DNA of 64,000 bases from Felis catus. Taxonomy: Eukaryota. The stretch lies in NCBI RefSeq assembly GCF_018350175.1, contig NC_058368.1:39372001-39436000 (forward strand), given 5' to 3'. The notes below the pieces were generated by a model, which was given only the letters and a program-made list of their open reading frames with translations, was not told the origin of the DNA and did not search any database. Of the stretch, positions 34,273 to 44,750 are shown one piece after another. A program made the translations under genes and the position numbers. The first letter of the stretch is position 1. The number at the start of each line of letters is the position of its first letter.

Positions 34273-34489
34273 GGGGAACCTGGATGGCTCAGTCAAGTTA
34301 AACATCTGACTCTTGATTTTGGCTCATTTCATGTTCTCAGGGTTCTGTTCCTAGGATCAAGTCCTGCATTAGGCTCTGCACTCACAGCACAGTGCCTGCT
34401 TGGGATTCTCTTTCTTCCTTCCTCTCTGCCCCTCCCCTGTTCCTGTGGGTGCTGTCTTTTCTCAAAATAAATAAACTTAAAAAAAAAAA
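34273..34489 (+). mobile_element. Can-SINE (older type), first of a tandem pair
   Basis: GGGGAACCTGGATGGCTCAG..GACTCTTGATTTTGGCTC..CCTGCTTGGGATTCTC, A tail. Confidence 0.93.
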
Positions 34490-34497
34490 GACAAAGA

Positions 34498-34699
34498 GGG
34501 GCTCTGTCGGTTAAGCTACTACTTCGGCTCAGGTCATGATCTCTTAGTTCATGAGTTCTAGCCCCATGCTGGGCTCTTTGCTGACAGCTCAGAGTCTGGA
34601 GCCTGCTTCCAATTCTGTGTCTTCCACTCTCTCTGTCCCACCCCCACTCATGCTCTGTCTCTGTCTCTGTCTCTCTCAAAAAATAAACATTAAAAAAAA
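34498..34699 (+). mobile_element. Can-SINE, SINEC_Fc2-like, inserted at the tail of the previous SINE
   Basis: Fc2 body (GACAGCTCAGAGTCTGGAGCCTGC); AAAAAAAAGACA flanks both sides. Confidence 0.93.
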
Positions 34700-35539
34700 G
34701 ACAGAAAAAGAATGTATAATGAATACACAAATTTGGCATGAGGCATGTAGGATAGATTCAGAAGCTGTGATACATATCTAAAAGAAAGTGTAGAAGAAGG
34801 TAATTGAAAGAACAGATGTAATTTACAATTTACAGAACTGAAAAAAAAAGACTAAGATAGTGCCAACCATCATTAGCAATTCATGAAGGCAAGGGCTTAA
34901 TGTCTTCGCCATGCTGGAAAAAAAAGTGTCTGCCCAGAATTTTATTTCCAACTGATAAAAACTGTTTTAAGAGGATGAGGAAAGGGAATCATAGTGTAAT
35001 GTTTTAATGGCAATGGTAGGGTTTTCATTTCTAGAAGATCTTGGGAAGATATCTTGATCATATTCCAAATAGGAATCCTTTAGGGCTCATGAAAATTCTC
35101 AGGAGAAATTATTTTATTTTTTATTTTATTCAAGGAAAGTATCTTAAGGGCCAGACATATAATAATGATGATAGCAATAGCAACAAGAACAATAACAATA
35201 ATGAAATGATAAATTATGATTTCCGCTCACGTACTTGAAATATATTAATTCCTTTAAATTGAATTCCACCAAAATGCACATTCATAGGAATAGACATGAT
35301 ACAAAAGGAATTATTATTTGTTTTTTATCCATTTTCCATTTTTAAGAGATAAACTATGTTTTGACATAGATACATTACAGAAAATATAGTTCATTTATCT
35401 CATATTGGCTGACATATGCCCTAAGTAGTGAATTTTGTCAGTATATCTACAAATAAATGTTCTGACTTAAAAAAAATCTACAGCAATGGAAAATTACCAC
35501 AATACCAAATAAATTAAGAATATGGTTGCTTAGGAGTTC

Positions 35540-35750
35540 TATTATATCACAGAGGAGTCTGAGAGATTAGGGGAGATTTCACAGATCATCTTTTCTAATT
35601 GGATCTGGAAATTGACTTTGGAGTTTGCAAAGATGACAAAACAGATCAAGGCTGCCTAGGTCAACATGTTCTTGGCATAGTAATCTATATGCAAAAGAAG
35701 AAGATAAATGTGAAAGGGTAGGAGTTATTTATGAATGGCCAGGTTAATAT
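35540..35750 (-). mobile_element. L2 fragment
   Basis: GATTAGGGGAGATTTCACAGA, GGAGTTTGCAAAGATG, CATGTTCTTGGCATAGTAATCTATATGCAAAAG. Confidence 0.45.
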
Positions 35751-36084
35751 AATTTAATTAATCTTAGATTGAGCCTCATATTTAAAATTACCACCTCTAC
35801 AATTTTGGAGACATTGACATTTTCGTTCTTGAACTAAGTGATTAAATGAAATGAATTTGACAAGACAAAGTGATGATTTTACTGATTGTTCATAGCCTTC
35901 AAGTTGTCTGTACTCATTTCTTTTTGCAAATTCTGTAATAGTTGTATAATAATTTATGTCTATAAAAATAAATGCACCATACAATTATTTAGTTATTAGG
36001 AACACATACATACACACAGATAGACATAATATAAATGTATTGAATATATATATATATATTGAATATATACTGAATACTGAAATG

Positions 36085-36088
<4 letters not shown>

Positions 36089-36143
<55 letters not shown>
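36089..36143. repeat. Compound (AT)13(AG)14 microsatellite
   Basis: Seen directly. Confidence 0.96.
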
Positions 36144-36146
<3 letters not shown>

Positions 36147-36792
36147 CCTAGTTGACAAAGATTCTCAAATTCTAGGAAAAATATAGATATATTTCTGGCC
36201 AAAATAAGGTTACACTATTAAAAATAAATATAATAGTTTGGAAAAACTATATCAGTTTTGAAACTCTCAAAGATGCAAAGCTTTTGCAAGGTTCATAATT
36301 GTGTGGGACAGTGACTACCTGAAATTGTATAAATTCTCAAATTAACTTATCTTGAGCTGTAAAAGACTCTTAGGGAGCCAAGTTTTCAAAATTTTTTTCA
36401 TACAGTTAATACCAAGAAGACAAATTAGATAACACTTACTAACTTCTCTATGCATAGAAACAGATTAACACAGATGTAGATAATAATTTTGAGCCTGAAT
36501 CTGTGGGTTGACTACAATCCATTCTTAAATTTTGGTCTCTGTGATGTAAATTTCAACATAATGTACAAATAAGCAGCGAATTTAATTCACAGTCATACTC
36601 AGCCCCTAACAAATTCTCAGAGAGAATCCTTTATACATATATTGGAATAGAATATGGGGATATCAATGGTAAATCATCACAGGATAGATGTTCATATTAT
36701 GGGAAAATATTCAGGATTTTATGTTTTATAAAATAGTTGGGAGCATAGGGTATTTTACATTGCAAAATACTCAGTAAGAGGAAAATGATTTT

Positions 36793-36999
36793 TTCTGCTT
36801 GTGTATCTTGGCTGTTGTAAATAATTGGATAAGTAAGTGACGGGGATTAAGGAAGGCATTGTCCTGATGAGCACTGGCTGATGTATGGAATTGTTGAATC
36901 ACTATATTGTACACCTGAAACTAATATAGCACTATATGTAATAACTAGAATTAAAATAAAAACTTAAAAAAAAACATAGTATTAATTTTTTAAAAAGGA
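36793..36999 (+). mobile_element. Very short 5'-inverted carnivore L1 3' end
   Basis: Antisense piece TATCTTGGCTGTTGTAAATAAT, then sense GGGGATTAAGG..GATGAGCACTGG..TGTACACCTGAAACTAATATA..A tail; TSD GAAAATGATTTT at 36781-36792 and 37000-37011. Confidence 0.8.
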
Positions 37000-37771
37000 G
37001 AAAATGATTTTGAACTCTACGCACAAATGGCAGATTAACACCATTATGTCTTAATCAAAATAAGTCTACACATAAACAGTGGAAGAAAGAACCAGACTCC
37101 ATTGTCCAAAAGCTCAGAGTGAAAAGAGAAAACTGATTATAACCTTCTGAGATTAAGCTAAGTGATTTTAAAAAGAATGTGATAATTATTTTTAGAATAA
37201 TAATTCATGAATATAAATTCATATTGACATTTATATGAACAAATGACCACTTAGCAAGATCCTGGCTTTCAAATTCAAATGGAAATAATTTTAAGGGCAG
37301 ATTTTACAGAAGATAACATTATATACTGCCTAACATAAATAAACTCCTTACATGTTTTATTTTTGTTTCATTGACAAAAGGAGTCATTGCTGCTTCAACT
37401 AGGTGCCCAAGAACATTTTAAATATTTTGAAATATAAAAGCTGTGACATTTAGATTACAACTTAGGTTATAAATGCTTTTTATGTAGTGTATTATTTGTC
37501 TTCATTGAAAAGTACAATTATCAAAGTTCTCTTGTTATGTGAGAGAAAAAACAAAACAAAACCAGATAAATTTTTTTTGTCTCCAGTTGACTTGTGTTTA
37601 GAATTCTTTCCTACAGTTCCTAATATTACTCATGCTCTCCTTCTCTCTAGATAGACAGATAGATGTTTATATATATAAACATATAAATATATAAATACAC
37701 TTTATAAATATATAAACACTTTATAAATCAGACCTCAATAAAAAGGTAGAATTAAGTAATGTGTCTTTTTT

Positions 37772-37994
37772 ATTTTTTATTTTTATGTATTTTAAATTTT
37801 TTTGTTTATTTTTGAGAGAGAGACAGAGTGTGAGTGGGCAAGGGGTAGAGAAAGAGGAAAACACAGAATCTGAAGCAGGCTCCAGGCTCTGAGCTGTCAG
37901 CACAGAGCCTGATGGGTGACTGGAATCCACAAAGAGCAAGATCATGACCTGAGCTGAAGTCGAACACTTAACTGATTGAGCAACCCAGGCGCCC
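37772..37994 (-). mobile_element. Can-SINE, SINEC_Fc2-like
   Basis: Fc2 body; TSD TAATGT[G/T]TCTTTTTT at 37757-37771 and from 37997. Confidence 0.94.
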
Positions 37995-38119
37995 TATAAT
38001 GTTTCTTTTTTTAAATGTTTATATATGTTAACATATATGTGTTTAAAGTTTTCTAAATTTGAATAGAGTGTTTTGAAAGCAGAAGTTATAAATAGGAGGA
38101 AATAAGAAAAACCTTCTAA

Positions 38120-38830
38120 AATGTTTAATAATCACAGCACGTGCTCTGGAGGGAAGTGAGCACAATTCAGTGATGGAGAATTAGGACAGGGCTTCCTATT
38201 AGCTAAGATATTTAAGGAAGCTGTCTTTGTGGGAATAAAATTCAAGCTGAATCCAGAAATGTGAGAAGCAATCAGTCATGTAGGAACAACAGGTAAAGAC
38301 AGAAATTTAGATATAAAGAAAAAAAGCAGTATCCCCCAGACAGAAAATAGCCCCTCGAGAGTAAGGTAATGAAGGAAGGTAAGCTGCTGGAGAGTAGTAA
38401 ATGACAGACCGACATGAGAAGAGTTTTAGAAAGGCAATCTGAAGGTCAAAATCAAATTAAAGATGTGCCTTGTTTGGTATGCTCATTGCTTCCACTTATT
38501 TCAATTTGAATTTCTTGAGCATGATTGTTTTTGTATGTTTCAACATTGCTCATTTTATTTATTTGCCTTATAAACCTTGTCCTTGAGATCATAAAGAGCT
38601 GTGTAAATTATGATAAAAATAAAGGAGGGGAGGGAAGAAGGAAGGAAGAAAGGAAAATGAAAGAATTTTATTCAGTGGGCAATGGGAAACATCAAAAGAG
38701 CTTGGTTTATTTAGATGAAAGACAGCATACAATATATATTGAATAGATTACAGTGGCATCTATAAGGAGAAAAAATTGAGGAAGCCAGTGAGGGAAGCAG
38801 AAATGGTTACAACAGATTCCCAGTGCTCAT
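38120..38830 (-). mobile_element. L2 fragments
   Basis: TTCAAGCTGAATCCAGAA..AATCAGTCATG, CAGTATCCCCCAGACAGAAAATAGC, GTGGGCAATGGGAAACATC, GATTACAGTGGC. Confidence 0.55.
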
Positions 38831-38860
38831 TGGTGTCCACATTTTTCTTATTGAATATAT

Positions 38861-40621
38861 ACACATACATGTATATTTTAATTTTAAATCCAGTTAGTTA
38901 ATGTACAGTGTTATTTTAGTTTTAGGTGTACAGTATGGTAATTCAACATTTCTATACAACACCCTGTGTTCATCACGTGTGCTCTCTGTAAGCCGCATCA
39001 CTGATTTCACCCATCCACCCACTCAATTCCCCTTTTTAATCACCAGTTTGTTCTTTATAATTAAGAGTCTATTTCTTGATTACCCTTTCTCCCTCTTATT
39101 TGTTCCCTTTGTTTGTTTTTGTTTCTCAAATTCCACATATGAATGAATTCATATGGTGCCTTTCTCTGACTACTTACTTCACTAAGCATTATACTCTCTA
39201 GCTCCATCCATGTCATTGCAAATGGCAAAATTTCATTCTTTTTTAGGCTGAATAATACAAATATATCACATCTTTATCCATTCATCGATCGATAGACTCT
39301 TGAGCTGCTTCCGTATCTTGGCCGTTGTTAATAATGCTGCTATAAACATAGGAGTGCATGTATCCCTTTGAATTAGTGTTCTTGTATTCTTTGAGTAAAT
39401 AAACAGTAGTGCAATTGCTAGATCATAAGGTAGTTCTGTTTTTAAGTTTCTGAGGAACCTCTGTACTGTTTTCCATAGTGATTACACCAGTTTCCATTCC
39501 TAACAACAGTGCACAGGTGTTTCTTTTTCTCCACATCTTCGCCAACACCTGCTGTTTCTTGTGTTGTTGATTTTAACCATTCTGACAGGTGTGTGGTAAC
39601 ATCTCATTGTGGTTTTGATCTGCATTTCCCTGATGATAAGTAATGATGAGCATCTTTTCATGTGTCTGTTGTCCATCTGGATGTCTTCTTTGGAAAAATA
39701 TCTATTCATGCCTTTTGCCTATTTTTAATTAGAATATTTGTTTTTTGGTGTTGAGTTTTATATGTTCCCTATATATTTTGGATACTAACCCTTATCAAAT
39801 GATATCAGAAGATATCATTTGAAATATCTTCTCCCATTTTGTAGGTTGCCTTTTAGTTTTGTTGATTGAAGCTTTTTTATTTTGATGTAGTCCCAGTAGT
39901 TTATTTTTCCTTTTGTTTTCCTTGTTTTAGGATACATATCTAGAAAGAATTTGCTATGGCCAGTGTCAAAAAAGTTACTGTCTGTGTTCTCTTCTAGGAT
40001 TCTTATGGTTTCAGGTCTCACATTGAAGATGACACAAGTAAATGGAAAGATATTCCATGCTGATGGATTGGAGGAACAAACATTGTTAAAATGTCTATAC
40101 TACCCAAAGCAATATGCACATATAATGCAATTCCTATCAAAATACCAACAACATTTTTCACAGAACTAGAACAGTCCTAACATTTGTATGGAATCACAGA
40201 AGACCCTGAATAGCCAAAGCAGTCTTAAAAAAAAAAGGAAACAAAACAAAAACAGCAACAACACACACAAAAAAAAAACCCAAAACAAACAGAGAAACAA
40301 ACGAAGAGCAAATCTGGAGGTATCACAATTCTGGACTTCAAGTTATATTACAAAGCTGTATAGTAATCAAAAAAATGTGGTACTGGCACAAAAATAGACA
40401 CCTAGATCGTTGGAACAGAATAGAAAATCCAGAAATAAACCCACAATTATATGGTCAGTTAATCAAAGAATCTCCAATGCCAAAATGTCTCTTCAACAAA
40501 TGATATTAGGGGAAACTGGAGCACAACATGCAAAAGAATGAAACTGGACCACTCTCTTACACTGTATACAAAAATCGATTTTAAATGGACTAAAGACCTA
40601 AATGTGAGACCTGAAACCATC
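38861..40621 (-). mobile_element. Carnivore L1, 5'-truncated with a ~600 bp 5' inversion
   Basis: Minus-strand 3' end and ORF2 C-terminus 38875-40024 (track ORF 39500-39709 [18 protein letters not shown] is L1 ORF2); opposite-orientation ORF2 piece 40025-40620; TSD TTGAATATAT at 38851-38860 and 40622-40631. Confidence 0.92.
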
Positions 40622-40869
40622 TTGAATATATTTTTGACAACTCCAATCATAAAACATATCACAGACAAGAGAACAACGAACAAGGTAGCTTCCCTACTCC
40701 AGAAAGCAAAATTTAACTCTTTAAATGAACTTTTCTCATTGCCAGAGCAGAGTGGTTCATTCAGTTTAATTATTTGTCCAGACCAGAAGCTGCTGAGAGT
40801 CTCTCCATATTTCTTTTCCCAGCAGTGGTTATTGCCATTACCATTTCCTTCTTCCATCACTATCTACAG

Positions 40870-41378
40870 AATATAATAAGCATTGAGATGGATGACATAC
40901 TGTCTTTTTGTTCATGAGTCACTGGACCACAAGGAGCCACAGTCCAAAGAGTCCCACTATGAATGCCAACTGAGGAGAAATTACTCACCATGTCTTAGCA
41001 CTGGCCAGACTGGATTGGCACTGAACCAGAAGTCATAGATCCAGAAGTACAGGGTACTACCATGTGGGTAAACTCTAGTATATGAAAAGTAGAAAGAAGA
41101 AAGGAGCCAACAGACAGCTTGATTGGCCTCTCCCCTTCATCCACCCACAATGGACTGTTTGGGACTCATTGATTCCAAAAGTCCTCCTTGTATGACTAAA
41201 TGATTATCTGCATTGTTGTGATGCTGTGACATATGCTCCTTTTGCTGTCATTCTCCCTTCTTCCCTTAAAGTTTGCTTTTCTGAGATGTTGCCTCCCACC
41301 CCACAATACGTATACACACTGAGAGCTAGCAAATGTTTACCCAGTCTGCCTTTTGTAGGGAAAGTGAGCTAAAGCAAT
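40870..41378 (+). mobile_element. Degraded ERVL/MaLR-derived sequence (internal remnant plus LTR16-like end)
   Basis: GATGGATGAC..TCTTTTTGTTCATGAGTC..AAGGAGCCAC, and an LTR-like end TCTGCCTTTTGTAGGGAAAGTGAGCTAAAGCA. Confidence 0.4.
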
Positions 41379-42326
41379 CCTGGATAATGCAGGATTTAGC
41401 ATCAATCATTTATCTCAGTAAAATGCAACAATTATTTTTGAGTATTTAAAGTTAAATTCCCTAAGTTTGTTTAAAAGTTTATTTTTCTTTTGTGGAAATA
41501 TGTAACCATGCCTTTTAAATCAATTTTATGTCTATATGTGGACAAAAATATGATTTTATAGACATATATACTTCTACCAGCTATAATCTCTTGAATACAA
41601 GTCAACTTTATTCAAAATTATCTTTGTTTGATTTATGAAAGTCAATGATATAATAATAAAGAGACCTCACAAAGGCATAGGCTATCACTTTTTAGTTATC
41701 ATTTATAATTCAGTTTAAGCAGTGAAATTTTGAGCTGCCCTTTGAGTCCTGTGAAATTGCATAATATAACTTGGCAAACCTGTTAGTTCATTGCCCAATT
41801 AACTGGATAACACATTTTGTGCCCAGAAATTTCCAGTCAAAACTCAATGTAACACATAGTTTGAGGTTTGATAATTGTACACTTAAATATATGTGACTAA
41901 CTCCCAATTTCTAAATTAGAGTGTATATATTTATATCATCAGTTGACTCTAGAATACGAATTTTTCTTCCTATAGTCTATTTCAGTAAGGAGCTAACAAT
42001 TCAAACTTTTGATATGAAGTCAGAATTCTGGGACTGGTGAAATACCAAAATATGTCCAAGGTATTAATCACTTGCCCGTTTTTAAGGCATATATGTCAAA
42101 GATAAAGTTTATTTTTAAGACTCTTATTTATATGAACATTGATATTTTGTCCATTACATTTAGAGCCTCTAAATAGGCTTGTCCCATCAATATTCATGTG
42201 CTATTTAAGGCTGTATAAATATGCAAGCAAAATTATGATTTTTGAAATTCTAATAATCATTTATTTCCTGCTCTTTTTCCTGGTTCCTCTCTTTTTTTAT
42301 ACTAGTATACTTGGTATTTGTCATTT

Positions 42327-42536
42327 AAAAAAATTTTTTAAACACTTATTATTGAGAAACAGAGACACAGAGGATGAGCATGGGAGGGGCAGAGAGAGGA
42401 GGAGACAGAATCTGAAGTAGGCTCCAGGCTCTGAGCTGTTAGCACAGAGCCCGACACGGGGCTTGAGCTCATAAACTGCAAGATAATGACCTGAGCCAAA
42501 GTCAGATGCTTAGTCGACTGAGCCACCCAGGCACCC
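42327..42536 (-). mobile_element. Can-SINE, SINEC_Fc2-like
   Basis: TSD GTATTTGTCATTT at 42314-42326 and 42539-42551. Confidence 0.95.
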
Positions 42537-42596
42537 TAGTATTTGTCATTTTATTCTTGACTTTTAACTTAGTATACATTACCAGAGAATAACATA

Positions 42597-42719
42597 GGAG
42601 TGCCTGGGTGACTCAGTCAGTTGAGCCTCCTACTCTTGATTTCAGCTCAGGTCATGATCCCAGGGTCATGAGACTGACCACTGTGTCAGACTCTGCTCTG
42701 AGCGTGGAGCCTGCTTAAG

Positions 42720-42764
<45 letters not shown>

Positions 42765-42811
42765 CTCTGCCCTTCTCCCCAACTCACTCTCTCTCTCTAA
42801 GATAAAGAAAA
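42597..42811 (+). mobile_element. Older Can-SINE with (CT)~19 tract
   Basis: GGAGTGCCTGGGTGACTCAG..CTCTTGATTTCAGCTCAGGTCATGATCCCAGGG..CCTGCTTAAGATTCTC. Confidence 0.93.
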
Positions 42812-43050
42812 GAACAACTTTGGTGTGCTTTATAACTTAGCTTTTAATGCTAAGATGACCTTAAACATTCCCCTCAGCTTGACTAACCTATAACACAGGC
42901 ATTTTCCTGATTCTAGGCCCCTGACTTTTCTCTTTTTAGGAGCACGTACTTTAGAAAACCTGTAGTTGCACATTTTTTTCTCTGCCCATTTGAGATGTAA
43001 ATCTTTCCCAGCCTCATGCCAGTTTTACAACCCAGAAAAGTATTTTTCTT

Positions 43051-43226
43051 TTTTAAACACATTTTTTCACAGTTACTTATTTTTGAGAGACAGAGACAGA
43101 GCACAAGTCAGGGAGGGGCAGAGAAGACACATTATCTGAAGTAGGCTCCAGGCTCTGAGCTGTCAGCACAGAGCCCGACGTGAGCCGAAGTCAGACACTT
43201 AACCGACTGAGCCACCCAGGCACCCC
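43051..43226 (-). mobile_element. Can-SINE, Fc2-like, with an internal deletion
   Basis: GAGCCCGACG joined directly to TGAGCCGAAGTC; degenerate TSD CCAGAAA[A/G]GT..TTTCTT. Confidence 0.92.
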
Positions 43227-43397
43227 CAGAAAGGTCTTTCTTAAGGATGTGGGAGATACTCCTGAAATGTAATCATTGTAGTTGGTGGAGCTCCCATCTC
43301 CCAGTCTCTATGAGGGAGTAGGAGCCTAACTCCAATAAGTGACAATTTGCAAATATACATGGCCTAATCTAGAACTTTTCCATTAGATGATCCCAGC

Positions 43398-43419
43398 TTT
43401 TTTTTAATGTTTATTTATT

Positions 43420-43470
<51 letters not shown>

Positions 43471-43635
43471 ACAAGCAGGGGAGGGGCAGAGAGAGAGAGA
43501 GAGGGAGACAGAGGATCTGAAGCAGGCTCTGTGCTGAAAGCAGCTAGCCCCATGTGGGGTTTGAACTCACAAACTATGAGATCATGACTTGAGCCAAAGC
43601 CAGATGCTCAACGGAATGAGCCACCCAGGTGCCCC
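43398..43635 (-). mobile_element. Can-SINE with (GA)~22 tract
   Basis: Full SINE body; degenerate TSD TGAT[C/T]CCAG. Confidence 0.94.
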
Positions 43636-43660
43636 TGATTCCAGAGTTTAATGATCCTCC

Positions 43661-44155
43661 TGTACAATGGAATATTATTCAGACATCAAAGAAGTGAATA
43701 CTGTCACTTGTGACAACATGGAGAAAACTGGGGAACATGCTAAGTGAAATTACCCAAACACAGAAAGACAAATCCTGTATGAACTCACTCATGTGTGGAA
43801 TCTAAAAAGTCTAATAGGAACAGAAAGTAGAGAGTGCTTTTCAGGGCGTTAAGGGAAATAGGTAGTTACTGGTTAGAGGGTATAAACCTTCAGTTGTAAC
43901 TACTGGAGATCTCATGCACAGCATGGTGACTACAGTTGATAATACTGTATTGTACACTTAAAATTTGCTAAGAGAGTAGATCTTAATTGTTCTTGCCAAA
44001 AAAAAAAAAAACCAATTATGTAAAGTGATGGGTATGTTAATTAGCTTGATTGTGGTAATAATTTCACAATGCATACATATAAAGATCATCACACTGTATG
44101 CATTAAATATCTACCAAACTTATTTGTCAACTACACCTCAATAACGCTGAAAAAA
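43661..44155 (+). mobile_element. L1 3' end, L1MA9/10-like
   Basis: ACAATGGAATATTATTCAG...CAGCATGGTGACTACAGTT..AAATTTGCTAAGAGAGTAGATCTTAA..TTAATTAGCTTGATTGTGGTAAT..CCTCAATAA. Confidence 0.88.
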
Positions 44156-44532
44156 TCCAACTTTCGTTTCAGTAGAGTTGAGTTCAATTTCTCTCCTCAT
44201 TTGTAATAGTTTTAATAGTATTGAATAGAGTCTCCCTTGCCTATTTAATTCGCTTGCCTATGAACTTCCAGTGTAATTTTTCTTTAGCAGTACTTTTATT
44301 CAGCTCATGTCTGATATTCATTCTTGACAGGCATATGCTATGAAGCCACAGTTCTGATTTCAACGTTACTCTATTGAACCAGGTGGCATGGCCCACCAGT
44401 ACAAAAAAGTAATTAGACAAGTATGCTGTTGACATGCTGGATTAACTACATGAGTCTCAGGAAAGAAATCTGTTAACAAAGAAAAAAAAAAAAAAACCTT
44501 GTCAAATGACTCTTTAAACACACACACATACA

Positions 44533-44750
44533 GGGGCACCTGGGTGGCGCAGTTGGTTAAGCGTCCGACTTCAGCCAGGTCACGATCTTGTGGTCCGTGA
44601 GTTCAAGCCCCGTGTCAGGCTCTGGGCTGATGGCTCAGAGCCTGGAGTCTGTTTCCGATTCTGTGTCTCCCTCTCTCTTTGCCCCTCCCCCGTTCATGCT
44701 CTGTCTCTCTCTGTCCCAAAAAAATAAATAAACGTTGAAAAAAAAATTTT
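44533..44750 (+). mobile_element. Young Can-SINE, SINEC_Fc(1)-like
   Basis: Fc1 diagnostics; TSD TAAACACACACA[C/A]ATACA at 44515-44532 and 44751-44768. Confidence 0.96.

Larger units (their letters stand above)
34050..34985 (+). mobile_element. Old L1/HAL1 ORF1-like fragment interrupted by two SINEs
   Basis: CTTGGAAATTAAAA, ACAGCTGAAGAGAGAATTTGTGAGTTGTAAGAT, CCCAGAATTTTATTTCCAAC. Confidence 0.6.
42848..44289 (+). mobile_element. ERV1 solo LTR (MER67-like) split by two SINEs and an L1 3' end
   Basis: Inverted termini TGCTAA...TTAGCA; CCCCTCAGCTTGACTAA, TTTGAGATGTAAATCTT, CTCCCAGTCTCTATGAGGGAGTAGGAGCCTAAC, GAGTTGAGTTCAAT. Confidence 0.72.

Noticed and set aside
39500..40169. ORFs with L1 ORF2 peptides
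   Set aside because: Fragments of a truncated, inverted L1; cannot encode functional ORF2p.
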